Source: an uncultured Candidatus Saccharibacteria bacterium
GTDB lineage: Bacteria; Patescibacteriota; Minisyncoccia; Phycocordibacterales; 2-02-FULL-43-11
NCBI GenBank assembly: GCA_964348785.1
Contig: CAYGDO010000001.1
Location: forward strand, 120,369-184,368
DNA length: 64,000 bases
Reading direction: 5' to 3'
Positions within the stretch are counted from its first letter, which is position 1, and the number at the start of each line of letters is the position of its first letter. The notes below the pieces were generated by a model. It did no database searches and was not told the DNA's origin. It saw only the letters and a list, made by a program, of their open reading frames with translations. Below are positions 34,717 through 45,376 of this stretch, piece after piece. Made by a program: the position numbers and the translations under genes.

Positions 34717-35567
34717 GTTTGAGATTTTTTGTTAGCTATAACGATCAAAGCGGACAACAGGACAGCAGAAATAAAATGCATTTGAAGTGGCATACCTAAA
34801 GTAAAAAATACAAAGCCTAAAATAATAGGTAAAGTCATACCAAAAAGAGCATACTTAACGCAAAGCCAATAATCTTTCTTGTCCTTTGATATTTTATATA
34901 TAGTCCAAACAATTAAACCGGCAAGCAAAGAGGCTATTCCATACTTCACAAAAGAACCGAAGAAAAATAGCAACAAACCAAGAATACTAAGCAAGATAGA
35001 AAAAGGTAAAAAAGCCTCTTTTATATTTTGACTATATCCTTCAATTAAGCTTTTATTTACCAAAATGTTGGGTATTTTGGAAACGGAGTGAACCGTAACC
35101 TTTCCCCTATTGTCATCCTTAATAACTATATTGTCCTTTGTAACAAAAATTAATGAATCAATATCAGACAATTTTGGCAAACTCTCAAATTTCGAAACGG
35201 TGTCTAATGTAAAAAGATATGAAACGCCGGTCTCTTTTTTGATTTGAGTTAAAACATCATCACTAAAAATTTCTCTTGGAAAATCGAGGTTATAAACTTT
35301 CGAAGGATCTGACGACAAAACTCCATCAATAATAGATACTTGTAAATCTTCTGGGTATTTCTCATGGAGATAATCAGCTATTTTAAAAGTAAAATTTTTT
35401 GACAAAGGCACGACGACAATAAATAAAACTACAGAACATAAAACTGAAATAATAGCCAAAAGCCATGACATCTGCCTTAATGCCCCCCAAATGCTCTTCT
35501 CTTCTATTTGATTGTAAAAATCGGGTCCCCAAACTGACTTCAAAACTCTGTTGAAAAAACTTTTCAT
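34713..35567 (-). CDS. Hypothetical membrane protein (284 aa)
   Basis: N-terminal TM, central soluble domain and C-terminal TM helices. No family recognized. Confidence 0.45.
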   Translation of the reverse strand: MKSFFNRVLKSVWGPDFYNQIEEKSIWGALRQMSWLLAIISVLCSVVLFIVVVPLSKNFTFKIADYLHEKYPEDLQVSIIDGVLSSDPSKVYNLDFPREIFSDDVLTQIKKETGVSYLFTLDTVSKFESLPKLSDIDSLIFVTKDNIVIKDDNRGKVTVHSVSKIPNILVNKSLIEGYSQNIKEAFLPFSILLSILGLLLFFFGSFVKYGIASLLAGLIVWTIYKISKDKKDYWLCVKYALFGMTLPIILGFVFFTLGMPLQMHFISAVLLSALIVIANKKSQT

Positions 35568-35636
35568 TCTATAAATTCTTAAAATTAAACTCCGACTAAT
35601 TATAACTCAACCGTTAATAATGTTTAAACCAGGTTC

Positions 35637-35690
35637 ACTAATTGCTTACTATGGCTTGTATTCTTTCCTCTACTGGTGGATGAGTCACCC
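35637..35690 (-). repeat. Degenerate duplicate of the htpX 3' end (pseudogene fragment)
   Basis: taattgcttactatggcttgtattctttcctctactggtggatgagtcacc resembles htpX 35752-35805 (taattgcctattatagccccgatcctttcctctactggtggatgggtcat) at about 80% over 52 nt. Confidence 0.5.
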
Positions 35691-35751
35691 CGAACCGTAA
35701 ACCTGGAAAGGTTACTACGGGGCAAGACTCATTTCAAAATAATCTACCTAG

Positions 35752-36651
35752 TTAATTGCCTATTATAGCCCCGATCCTTTCCTCTACTGGTGGATGGGTC
35801 ATAAAAAACTTGGAAAAACCAGATGTTTTTGAACCAAACGGGCTGGCGATAAACAAATGGGCAGTGGCAGGGTGCACTCTCTGCATTGCACCACCAAAAC
35901 CCGAAATTTTTTTAAGAGCTCCAGCCAAACCTTCTGGATATCTAGTCAATAAAACAGCCGAGGCATCTGCCAAAAATTCTCTTTTTCTTGATATGGCAAG
36001 TTGTATCAAAGTTGCAATAATTGGAGATAAGATTACAAAAATAACACCGACGATCATAATTACCGCCCCCAATCTTCCACCGCCACTATCCCTATTTCTA
36101 CCTCCACCAAAACCAAAATGTGAAGATCTCAAAAAGAAATCGGCAATCAGTGAGACCATGCCGACCAAAATAACAACCACCGTTGCAATCAACGTGTCTC
36201 TGTTCCCAATATGAGATAACTCGTGAGCAATCACGCCCTCAAGTTCCGATTTATCAAGCATTTTTCTTAAACCTGTTGTAACGGCTATCGCCGAATGATT
36301 TTCATCTCTTCCGGTTGCAAAAGCATTAGGCGCCAGATCATCAATTAAGTATATTTTTGGTATAGGAAGTCCGGATGTGATAGATAAATTTTCAACGATT
36401 CTATACAATTCCAAATCTTCTTCTTTTCTAAGTTCCCTAGCACCAGATAATTTCATAATAATTTTGTCTGAATTCCAGTAACTTACAACATTCATTATCA
36501 AACTAAAACCGACTGCCACATATAAAATCACTGGGGATTGATAATAATCACTTACGAACCAACCAAGCCCAACAATAACAATTAAAAAAGAAGCCATTAG
36601 CATCCAAGTCTTTCTAATATTTTCAGATTTGTGAGTATAAACCGTAGCCAT
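35752..36651 (-). CDS. htpX: Zinc metalloprotease HtpX (M48 family)
   Basis: HELSHIGNRD (HExxH), N-terminal TM helices, and C-terminal ...HPPVEERIGAI. Confidence 0.85.
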   Translation of the reverse strand: MATVYTHKSENIRKTWMLMASFLIVIVGLGWFVSDYYQSPVILYVAVGFSLIMNVVSYWNSDKIIMKLSGARELRKEEDLELYRIVENLSITSGLPIPKIYLIDDLAPNAFATGRDENHSAIAVTTGLRKMLDKSELEGVIAHELSHIGNRDTLIATVVVILVGMVSLIADFFLRSSHFGFGGGRNRDSGGGRLGAVIMIVGVIFVILSPIIATLIQLAISRKREFLADASAVLLTRYPEGLAGALKKISGFGGAMQRVHPATAHLFIASPFGSKTSGFSKFFMTHPPVEERIGAIIGN

Positions 36652-36675
36652 TTTAATTCTAAATTAAACTATCTT

Positions 36676-38403
36676 TTAAAATCCAAATAAAGAGAAAAAT
36701 CTTTTTATCCAAGATTTTTTATTAGAAATACTACCATTATTGACCTTTGGTGTCTCCAGTTTTTCCTCATTTTTACCTTTGGAATCTTCTTTTTTGTCCA
36801 AACTAGAACTTGCATTAACATTTTTAACCTCTTGAACTAAATCTTTTTTTTCATACTTTTTCTCCTCGGGAACACTTTTTAAAACATCATCTTTTTTTTC
36901 TAAAACATCTTTCTTAGGCACCAAACCCGCCCTTTCCATCACTCCATTATTATTAAAATATTTTGGTATATCATTTTTAACGTAATCAGCAAAAACATCA
37001 GTAAACATCCCCGCATCATTATCTTCCATAATCAAATCCCCTAGTTCGGCTAATTTATTTTTTGAACCACGAGCTGGATACAATAAATCGTCTTTACTAA
37101 CTTTTGCAACCGCAGACATTCGATTCAAAACTTTTTCTGAGTCACATTCAACACAAAGAACGGAAGCGCTCTCCTTTTCTAACATGCTAAACAATTTTTT
37201 CATACCATCCAATCCGGCTTTTTTATGAAAATAACCCATAATTAGGGCCGAGTGCTTATAAGCAGAAAAACCAGAAAAATAATCGTCCTCAACAAAGAGA
37301 TGATCGAAATTCCTTTTATACCTCGTCTCTAATTGACCGGGGGTAAATCTAAACCTGCCAGCACCATAACTTGCCAACTCATATTTTGTAACATCATCTT
37401 TCCCTCCTTTAACAATGTAAGGCAAAGAAAGAGATTGGATAAATGTAGGCACTCCTTCTGAAAATAATTTCGCAAAATAAGGTGCGCCATTAAAAAGATT
37501 TTTCTCAAACAAAGCAAGATGCACCAACTCGTGAATTATTATAGTCTGCAACTCTTCCCTACTAAAAAGTTTTACGTGTTCATCGTTCAAAATAATTATA
37601 TTAGGTCTCACAGCTAAACCGTCATAATCGCTCACATCGTGACTGCTTAAATCTTTAGAAATAATTAATACTTTTTCTGGCAATTTTGAATCGATTGTTT
37701 CCTTTAACAAATTATCTAAAAAACCTAAACCCTTTACAGCGTCCTGTATTTTATTAACCACCTGACGATCTCCTTGTATATAATAAATACCCTCTTTTTT
37801 AAGTTCTATGCCAGACAAATCTTTTTCAAAAGGATTAAAAGCTACAACAACAGGCCACACATAAGCACTCGAAGACGGATAATCAATAATTATTTTTCCA
37901 TTATCGCTTGCTACGGATTTAGGCCAAGTTGATATAACTTCCCAATTTTTTGGATAATTAATCTCTAAGTGAGGATTAAAAAAATATGCACCATCGGCCA
38001 ACCAAAATTCATATATAGCAAGAGGTTTGGAAAAAGGAGTTATAACTTTATATTCAAGATTAATATTTCTGATACTGTTAGAAGAGTATCCAGTTAAAAT
38101 GGAAACGAAGTCATTTCCTTCATCGTTGATTTTAAATGGCACATTAGCATCATTATAAATTCCTAATGCCTTATATTTCATTGAGGCAGTACCTCCAAAA
38201 TTTTGAAAATTTTTAAACCAAAAATAATCACTACCACTGGATGGACTTATTGGTATGGTCCATCTACCATTGGCAACAAAATCACTTCCAATATCTATTT
38301 TTACATTTTGCCTGAAAACATCCTCAGCAAAAACAATATTTACTGAAAAACTAAAAATAACTCCCGCAAATATCACAAAAATAAATTTTTTAAAGAATTT
38401 CAT
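36676..38403 (-). CDS. Secreted hypothetical protein with an HExxH motif (possible metallopeptidase-like) and a Lys/Glu-rich C-terminal tail
   Basis: Signal peptide, IIIHELVHLALFEKN, and low-complexity KKDxxEKK repeats at the C-terminus. Confidence 0.45.
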   Translation of the reverse strand: MKFFKKFIFVIFAGVIFSFSVNIVFAEDVFRQNVKIDIGSDFVANGRWTIPISPSSGSDYFWFKNFQNFGGTASMKYKALGIYNDANVPFKINDEGNDFVSILTGYSSNSIRNINLEYKVITPFSKPLAIYEFWLADGAYFFNPHLEINYPKNWEVISTWPKSVASDNGKIIIDYPSSSAYVWPVVVAFNPFEKDLSGIELKKEGIYYIQGDRQVVNKIQDAVKGLGFLDNLLKETIDSKLPEKVLIISKDLSSHDVSDYDGLAVRPNIIILNDEHVKLFSREELQTIIIHELVHLALFEKNLFNGAPYFAKLFSEGVPTFIQSLSLPYIVKGGKDDVTKYELASYGAGRFRFTPGQLETRYKRNFDHLFVEDDYFSGFSAYKHSALIMGYFHKKAGLDGMKKLFSMLEKESASVLCVECDSEKVLNRMSAVAKVSKDDLLYPARGSKNKLAELGDLIMEDNDAGMFTDVFADYVKNDIPKYFNNNGVMERAGLVPKKDVLEKKDDVLKSVPEEKKYEKKDLVQEVKNVNASSSLDKKEDSKGKNEEKLETPKVNNGSISNKKSWIKRFFSLFGF

Positions 38404-38407
38404 ATAA

Positions 38408-39043
38408 TCATTTAACTAATCTAAAACTATTCTTCATTGCCGACAAAGAAGCATCGTATTTTTCAAGAATTTTATCTCTATACAAATTCATTTGAATGAA
38501 TTTTCCCTTATCATAAAAAACAAAAACTGAGTAATCAGTAAACCATTTCTTTCCAACCAAAACATCACTTTTCACTTCAAACCACTCCAAATCTCCCTCT
38601 TTTTTATAAGACAAATCAACTATTTTATACTTAACGTAAGATAACTTCTCGCTATGTATAAAGTAATTAACAATATCAAAATTATCTAATTTTGATTGAA
38701 AAACTTTAGAAATTCCTAAATAACTAGCCACATCTCCCCTATACAACCAAAACATCCGGCTCTTCGTATCAGCTAAATCCTCCGCCTTATCATAAATCTT
38801 CGTGACAGTATACTTATCGCCCCAAACGCTATCCTTCTCCTGTTCTGTTTTTATAATCCAATTTTTAACCAATCTAAAACCGAAACGCTTACCATCAACA
38901 ATAATATAATTCTCTTCACCTAAATTTTCTTCCCCCCTAGCAACACTAGGAATAAAAAACACCGAAAAAAATGAGAAAATCAAAAAGAATGCAGACATTA
39001 TTGATGCATACACCTTAAAATCTCGACAGTGTTTTGCTTCCAT
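38408..39043 (-). CDS. Hypothetical secreted protein
   Basis: ORF trimmed to the internal Met (MEAKH...) to avoid overlap with lemA. A signal-like MSAFFLIFSFFSVFFIPSVARG follows. Confidence 0.4.
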   Translation of the reverse strand: MEAKHCRDFKVYASIMSAFFLIFSFFSVFFIPSVARGEENLGEENYIIVDGKRFGFRLVKNWIIKTEQEKDSVWGDKYTVTKIYDKAEDLADTKSRMFWLYRGDVASYLGISKVFQSKLDNFDIVNYFIHSEKLSYVKYKIVDLSYKKEGDLEWFEVKSDVLVGKKWFTDYSVFVFYDKGKFIQMNLYRDKILEKYDASLSAMKNSFRLVK

Positions 39044-39056
39044 AAAAATCAAGTTT

Positions 39057-39617
39057 TTAGAATTTAACCTCAACTGGTTTTTTGGCCGCCTGTTCGTCGG
39101 CTTCAAGTTCAAAAAATTCCATAGCCAAAAACTTAAACATAGAGGCCACAACGTTTGAAGGAAATTGTTCAATGGCAGTATTCAAATCCCTAACATTACC
39201 ATTATAAAATCTTCGTGAGGCTTGAATCTTATTTTCGGTGTCAGATAATTCATTTTGCAAAGCCAAAAAATTTTGGTTGGCTTTCAAATCAGGATAGGCT
39301 TCAGCAACAGCAAATAAAGACTTGAGAGCCCCCGTCAAACCTAACTCTGCCTTACTCTTATCTTCCAATGTTTGTGCACCAATAGCGCTAGCTCTTGCCT
39401 TTGTCACATTTTCAAAAGCGGATGTCTCGTGAGAAGCGTAACCCTTTACTGTATTTACTAAATTTGGGATAAGATCATATCTTCTTTTTAATTGAACTTC
39501 TATATCGCTCCAAGCTTCCTTGGCTCTGTTAACAAGAGTCACAAAACGATTGTAAATTGCGATTAACCAAAAAACTACAACAATTGCGACCACAGCCAAA
39601 ATAATAAGTAAACTCAT
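39057..39617 (-). CDS. lemA: LemA family protein
   Basis: N-terminal TM plus NRFVTLVNRAKEAWSDIEVQLKRRYDLIPNLV, the LemA signature. Confidence 0.85.
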   Translation of the reverse strand: MSLLIILAVVAIVVVFWLIAIYNRFVTLVNRAKEAWSDIEVQLKRRYDLIPNLVNTVKGYASHETSAFENVTKARASAIGAQTLEDKSKAELGLTGALKSLFAVAEAYPDLKANQNFLALQNELSDTENKIQASRRFYNGNVRDLNTAIEQFPSNVVASMFKFLAMEFFELEADEQAAKKPVEVKF

Positions 39618-39709
39618 ATTAAATAATGTTAAATTTGTAATTAACTTTTGTAATTATAACACAAAAAAACAACATTCCAATAATTAAAGGTTAAGTTATA
39701 ATTATACTT

Positions 39710-40126
39710 ATGAGTATAGAAAATCTGGAATTTGGAAGAAATAATCCGACTGAAAAAGAAAAGGTTTGGAAAGAAAACCTTAGGGATAACTATTTTGAAA
39801 ATATAATTGACTATTTTAGATTAAAAATACCCTTCAACTATTTTGACCTACTTGAAAATGCTATAGATTTCAAAAAAAACTTTGAGCTACTTGCAAAAAC
39901 AGACAAAGAATTGTTACATAATCCAAACAATCAAGACTTGATACTAAAACATCAGGAAGCAATGGATAAAATCTCCAGATTACTTATACACGAATCAGCC
40001 ATTGAAATATCCGACGAAAATGAAACTTGGATTATACAAGCCGGTAATGCAATCTACGCAGAAATAGAATACACGGTCAACCACTTGTTGCCTGCCGAAT
40101 ACCAAAAAACTATTTTTGAGGATTAG
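39710..40126 (+). CDS. Hypothetical protein (138 aa)
   Basis: ORF only. Confidence 0.4.
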   Translation: MSIENLEFGRNNPTEKEKVWKENLRDNYFENIIDYFRLKIPFNYFDLLENAIDFKKNFELLAKTDKELLHNPNNQDLILKHQEAMDKISRLLIHESAIEISDENETWIIQAGNAIYAEIEYTVNHLLPAEYQKTIFED

Positions 40127-41423
40127 CCAAACAACTCTTAAATTCTGGAGTTTCCGTCCAGCCACACTGTCCAGAAGACTGTCGTTCGCATTTAGTTTTT
40201 CTATAACATGCGTACTCATTTTTCCATTCACAAGTTGAAACCATTTCATCCTCTTTCTCACCACAAAGTTGCGAACTGCAACCTCCAACAAAACAAGGTT
40301 TTAGATTTGATGTTGGTTTTTTGTCGATAAATTTTAAAGTCGAAAGAATTTTGTTGTACAAATTCACTTCTTCTTTAGAAATACCTCTTTTAAAACCATT
40401 AAAACCGGGCTCAGGACCCATATCGACAAACCATACCTCATTATCTTTTTTAAAATACGTAGTGATTAGATCTCCAGGAATTCCCACAGTAGAAACCTTT
40501 TGTTGAATTGCTTCATTTCCGGCCACCAACATCTTATTGGTACTAATAATGTTTATTCTCCACTTTGGATCTTTATTAACTGATTCTTCCCAAGCCTTAT
40601 TTAATTCGTCAACAATAACCTGAATGTCTCTAAAATCTTCACCCTCTTCAATATTCAAAGTAATATTAAAATTCTCACCTGAATCCTTAAACTCAAGAGG
40701 GTAGGCTCCTCTTATAATACCAGGCGAAAAAATTTTAAAATCTGCAGGATGCTTTATTTCAAACCCATTTTTTTCATTTCTGTATGTTTTCCAATCTGAA
40801 ATATTAACAATAGAAGAAATCAAATTATTAAAAATATTTTTTAAATTACCGGAAGGCACCTCATCAACATAATTAGCCTCTAAAACAAAACCATGTTCTT
40901 CAAAAACATAATACTCAGTTGAACCTCCTCCAAATTTATTTTGATCCTTTGTAACAGAATGTAAGACCCTCTTTCCAATAATGTCGCCAGTTTTAAATTC
41001 AGAAATCTCAACCAAATGTAGATTACTGTTTAAATTTTGCAAAAGGTAAACATCCTGAAGCGGTCTAATGAAGATTGCCTTATCTTGTATTAGTACACTT
41101 CCAACATCACTACCAGAAACTAATTTTTTTGCCACATCATCATTAAAAGAAGATTCTATAAAAGAAACTGAATTTTCATAGCCTCCCATCTTTTTGAAAA
41201 CCTCTGTTTCCTTCCAATCATAAGGATATTTAATTTCAAACCCATACTTTTCATTTCTGTATGTTTTCCAATTTGAAATATCAACATTAGATGCAGATTC
41301 ATCCACCAATTTATCTTCAGCCACGTTATTTTTAAAAGCCGAATACCCCACTGCACCTAAAACCGCAAAAGCGGTGACGATGAGAAAGACAATGACAGGA
41401 GTAATACCTTTTTTATAATTCAT
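40110..41423 (-). CDS. Hypothetical secreted protein with an internal repeat and a C-terminal Cys-rich domain
   Basis: Repeated I[SD][DN]WKTYRNEK[YN]GFEIK[YH]P module, also visible as near-identical nucleotide repeats at about 40775 and about 41255. The C-terminus has 10 Cys. Confidence 0.45.
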   Translation of the reverse strand: MNYKKGITPVIVFLIVTAFAVLGAVGYSAFKNNVAEDKLVDESASNVDISNWKTYRNEKYGFEIKYPYDWKETEVFKKMGGYENSVSFIESSFNDDVAKKLVSGSDVGSVLIQDKAIFIRPLQDVYLLQNLNSNLHLVEISEFKTGDIIGKRVLHSVTKDQNKFGGGSTEYYVFEEHGFVLEANYVDEVPSGNLKNIFNNLISSIVNISDWKTYRNEKNGFEIKHPADFKIFSPGIIRGAYPLEFKDSGENFNITLNIEEGEDFRDIQVIVDELNKAWEESVNKDPKWRINIISTNKMLVAGNEAIQQKVSTVGIPGDLITTYFKKDNEVWFVDMGPEPGFNGFKRGISKEEVNLYNKILSTLKFIDKKPTSNLKPCFVGGCSSQLCGEKEDEMVSTCEWKNEYACYRKTKCERQSSGQCGWTETPEFKSCLANPQK

Positions 41424-41431
41424 TTTTTTAA

Positions 41432-42049
41432 CTATTTTTTCAAAACTACCGACTTTATAACTGACTTGAATACTCCATAAGTCTCATCCTCATTTTCATT
41501 CAATTTTTCATTTCTCCAATCATAATCTTTTGAAATGAAAGCGAGAATGTAAACTGTATCTTTAGATATTAGATAATAACTATAGGAAAGCAAGCCCTTA
41601 CCTCTTCCTGTTCTAACAGTGTAAAAAGTATTTTTTCCGGACTCCACTTTAGTAAATTCTGAAATTGATTTTGGATTTAAACCTGTAGCATCATACATTG
41701 CATCAGAAAGCATAAACTTTTCTTGGTTAGCAACAACACTAAAATCCCCTAGCTCTTTCCTGACAGTAATTAAATTATTGTTTTTTCTAGCAATCAAAAT
41801 AGTACTTGAACCATGAGTCTCATTTTTAACCCAATCAATCGGATAACTGAAACTAAGTTTTCCGTCCTTAATATTCATCATTTCCCCTTTCACAGACTCG
41901 ATTTTTTCTTTTTCTTCTGTTGAATCTGAACCACCTTGGACCGCCAATTTTAGAGGGTCATCCACTCTATCTGGCAAACCAGAAAGAATACCCCTTGAAA
42001 CAGCAAAAACTATAAACGTAGCAATAATTAAGACTATAACCTTAAACAT
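41432..42049 (-). CDS. Hypothetical secreted protein (205 aa)
   Basis: ORF with a signal or TM at the N-terminus. Confidence 0.4.
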   Translation of the reverse strand: MFKVIVLIIATFIVFAVSRGILSGLPDRVDDPLKLAVQGGSDSTEEKEKIESVKGEMMNIKDGKLSFSYPIDWVKNETHGSSTILIARKNNNLITVRKELGDFSVVANQEKFMLSDAMYDATGLNPKSISEFTKVESGKNTFYTVRTGRGKGLLSYSYYLISKDTVYILAFISKDYDWRNEKLNENEDETYGVFKSVIKSVVLKK

Positions 42050-42053
42050 AATT

Positions 42054-43052
42054 TTATTTCCAGAAATACTTGATTAATTTCTTAAACAATTTAACGACAA
42101 CAAAAATGATTAAAACCCCAAAAGCTAATTTCAAAACTAGAATTGGCAAATTAAACAAAAATCTTATCAACCAATCTACAAAGCCCGCCAAATCAGCAAA
42201 CATTGCCTTAATAGATTGTTTTATAACAGTTAACGGTCTCCAAACAATTCCGAAAACTTTTACCTCCGCTTCGCCAGTCAGAGAAACATTGATAGTAGAC
42301 ATATCAACCTGCCTTGCCAAATAATTAAGTTGTGCCTCCGCCCTGTCTATCTTTCCTCTTACATCAGCTAGCCTGCTAGCTACATTTAAAACATCTTCAA
42401 TCTTCACAGCTCTAGCCATAATTTCACGGTACTGCTTTTCTTCTGCTTTGTAATTATTTATTTCAGCTTCCAAATCAACATATTGTGCTGTCACATCATT
42501 TGAAGAAACTGTCTCGTTAGAAACCTTTATAGCAATTTTCTTCAAAGCATTTAAAGTTTCAGAAAAATTCTTAGAAGGAACTCTCAAAGATACAGAGCCA
42601 GTTTTTTCACCATCAGAAATTTCATAAATATTTGAGTTTTCAATGAAGCCCTCAAAATTTCTAGCAATACTTTCTATTTCACCTAAAGACTTCTCAGTAT
42701 TTTTCACAACAAGACTCAATGAACCATTTTTTATTATTTTCTTATCAAATGGCAATACCGGAGATGATGCGTTCTGTCCAACAACTACAGTTGGAGCAAA
42801 AACGGCTTTATTGGAAACAGCACTATCAAAAGAAACCATTTTCACTCTTTCACTTAAAACACCGACATTACTATAAGAATCAACAGCATACGGAATACCC
42901 ATTGATGGCTTGTTAATCAGAACAAAAATCGTTACTAAAATTATAGTTGGCAAAACCACAAAAACCAAAACAAGAATGGCGACAAATACTCTAACCCCTT
43001 TTTCACTAACCCAATGAAAAAAGTCTTTGACTTTATTTATAAATTCTTTCAT
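42054..43052 (-). CDS. Hypothetical membrane-anchored coiled-coil protein (DUF4349-like architecture)
   Basis: N-terminal TM, coiled-coil middle region and C-terminal TM. Confidence 0.4.
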   Translation of the reverse strand: MKEFINKVKDFFHWVSEKGVRVFVAILVLVFVVLPTIILVTIFVLINKPSMGIPYAVDSYSNVGVLSERVKMVSFDSAVSNKAVFAPTVVVGQNASSPVLPFDKKIIKNGSLSLVVKNTEKSLGEIESIARNFEGFIENSNIYEISDGEKTGSVSLRVPSKNFSETLNALKKIAIKVSNETVSSNDVTAQYVDLEAEINNYKAEEKQYREIMARAVKIEDVLNVASRLADVRGKIDRAEAQLNYLARQVDMSTINVSLTGEAEVKVFGIVWRPLTVIKQSIKAMFADLAGFVDWLIRFLFNLPILVLKLAFGVLIIFVVVKLFKKLIKYFWK

Positions 43053-43172
43053 ATTTCAATATTATTGTTAACCTAGCAATTATAGCACCAAAAATAACAC
43101 AATGTCCGATGAAAGAATTGCGTTATTTTTTTGATTTTTTATTCTCTACTAACTGCAAACTACCAACTAAAT

Positions 43173-44828
43173 TTAGTACCCCATCCCCGGAGCACCGTGC
43201 ATATGTTCATCCTTCTTTTCCTCAGCTTCATCAGCAATTGCAACATCTGTAGTAAGTAATATAGCAGCGGCAGAAGTGGCATTTTGAATACCAGTTCTCG
43301 TCACCTTAACAGGATCAATAATTCCTGAGGCAATCATGTCAGAGACCATTTCATCTTTTTTAGCATCATAACCAAAATTACCTTTTCCATTTCGAACAGC
43401 TTCAATAATCACAGAACCGTCATCCTTACCAGCATTGATAGCAATCTGCCTTAGGGGTGCTTCGAGAGCTTTCAAAACTATTCTGTACCCAATCATCATT
43501 TCACTTGAGACCAAATCACCGTTCTTTGCTTTTTCAGAATCTATAAAATGCTTTAATTTATTAGATGCTTTTATAAAAGCCACACCACCTCCTGCAACAA
43601 TACCTTCATCAATAGCTGCTTTTGTAGCATTAACAGCATCTTCAATTTTTAACTTCAAATACTTTATTTCAGTTTCTGTTGGAGCTCCAACTCTAATGAC
43701 AGCAACACCGCCGGTCAATTTCGCAATTCTCTCATCAAACTTCTCGACATCATATTTTGAAGAGCCTTGAGTTTTTTGTTTCTTAAGTTGCGCCACTCTA
43801 GATTCAATTTCAGATTTCTTTCCCTTTCCAGAAACAATAGTTGTACTATCTTTTTTAGTTATAACTTTGCCAGCACATCCTAAAACATCTAAACCTATAG
43901 TCTCAAATTTAAGACCAATATCATCAGAAACAACTTTAGCGCCAATTGTTACCGCAATATCCTGAAGTTGATCTTTTTTTGAATCTCCGTAACCTGGCGC
44001 TTTTATGGCAAGAACATTGAAACTGCCACGAAGTTTATTAAGAACAAAAGTTGTAAGAGCTTCACCATCAACATCTTCAGCAATAATTACCAAATCTTTT
44101 TTACCACTCTGAACCAACTTCTCAAGAAGAGGTAAAATTTCTTTAACGCTAGAAACTTTTTTGTCTGTAATAAGAATAGCCGGGTCACTGTACTCAGCCT
44201 CCATCCTTTCGGTATTAGTAATCATATAAGGAGAAACGTAACCTCTATCAAACTGAAGACCCTGAACCACTTCTGATTCAACGCCGATAGTCTGAGATTC
44301 CTCAACTGTGACAACTCCATCTTTACCAACCTTATTGATAGTGTCAGCAATAATTTTTCCAATTTCTTCACTTTCAGCTGAAATGGTGGCAACTTGTCTA
44401 ATTTCTTCTTTATCTTTTATCGGTTTAGAAATTTCCTTTAAATTTTTTACGACTTCTTCGGTAGCTTTTTCAATGCCAGATCTTACCCCCATAGCCCCAA
44501 CCCCCATAGCCGTCTGCTTTAAACCTTCAGAAAAAATAGCCTGAGTTAAAATCACGGATGTTGTCGTACCATCACCTGCAATATCATTTGTTTTTTGGGC
44601 AACCTCTTTTACAATTTCAGCGCCCATATTTTCAAACTTATCTTTCAAAGTTATTTCTTTTGCTATAGAAACTCCATCGTTCGTAATTGTTGGGCTTCCA
44701 TAACCCTTATCAAGTACAACATTCCTTCCCTTTGGACCAATAGTAATTTTCACAGCATCAGCAACTGCATCCACCCCCCTTTTTAAAGCTCTTTTTGCTT
44801 CTTCGTTATATAAAATTCTTTTAGCCAT
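43173..44828 (-). CDS. groEL: Chaperonin GroEL
   Basis: 551 aa. AAVEEGIVAGGG and a C-terminal GGM-like tail. Confidence 0.97.
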   Translation of the reverse strand: MAKRILYNEEAKRALKRGVDAVADAVKITIGPKGRNVVLDKGYGSPTITNDGVSIAKEITLKDKFENMGAEIVKEVAQKTNDIAGDGTTTSVILTQAIFSEGLKQTAMGVGAMGVRSGIEKATEEVVKNLKEISKPIKDKEEIRQVATISAESEEIGKIIADTINKVGKDGVVTVEESQTIGVESEVVQGLQFDRGYVSPYMITNTERMEAEYSDPAILITDKKVSSVKEILPLLEKLVQSGKKDLVIIAEDVDGEALTTFVLNKLRGSFNVLAIKAPGYGDSKKDQLQDIAVTIGAKVVSDDIGLKFETIGLDVLGCAGKVITKKDSTTIVSGKGKKSEIESRVAQLKKQKTQGSSKYDVEKFDERIAKLTGGVAVIRVGAPTETEIKYLKLKIEDAVNATKAAIDEGIVAGGGVAFIKASNKLKHFIDSEKAKNGDLVSSEMMIGYRIVLKALEAPLRQIAINAGKDDGSVIIEAVRNGKGNFGYDAKKDEMVSDMIASGIIDPVKVTRTGIQNATSAAAILLTTDVAIADEAEEKKDEHMHGAPGMGY

Positions 44829-44864
44829 AATTTTATTTTTGATTTTTAATATTTTATTTTTTAT

Positions 44865-45185
44865 TTATTTTATTATCGCCAAAATATTACTTTCACTTAC
44901 GACCCAATATTCAACTCCATCAATTTTTATCTTATCACCCCATTGGAACAAAACTTCATCACCAACCTTCACGCTAAGGGGAACCAAAATTCCATCATCA
45001 TACTTGCCAGATCCAACCGCCAAGACTTCACCTTTATAAACCCCCTTATCTTCATCAACTGAATCAGGAATAATAATGCCTGATTTAGTCTCATTTTTAG
45101 CCTTATCGAATTGTTTTATTAAAACTCTATCAGCCAAAGGTTTTATACCTAAATTCTTTTCCTCTTTTATTGTTTTCTTAGACAT
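44865..45185 (-). CDS. groES: Co-chaperonin GroES
   Basis: IKPLADRVLIK...GEVLAVGSGK. Start placed at the Met of MSKKTIKE. Confidence 0.9.
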   Translation of the reverse strand: MSKKTIKEEKNLGIKPLADRVLIKQFDKAKNETKSGIIIPDSVDEDKGVYKGEVLAVGSGKYDDGILVPLSVKVGDEVLFQWGDKIKIDGVEYWVVSESNILAIIK

Positions 45186-45376
45186 TTTATTTAAAAAATT
45201 AAGCTGATAAAAATCATTTTCCAATTTTTATAACTAAAAAATGACTTTGCGCGGGCATTATATACCAATAAAAAAAAGTTTTAAAGGTATTGTCTTTATC
45301 TTAAAAAGATTACTTAATAATGACGTGTACCGACCTAGCAATTGCCTTTTTACCAATAAATGGTAATTTATAGCTT

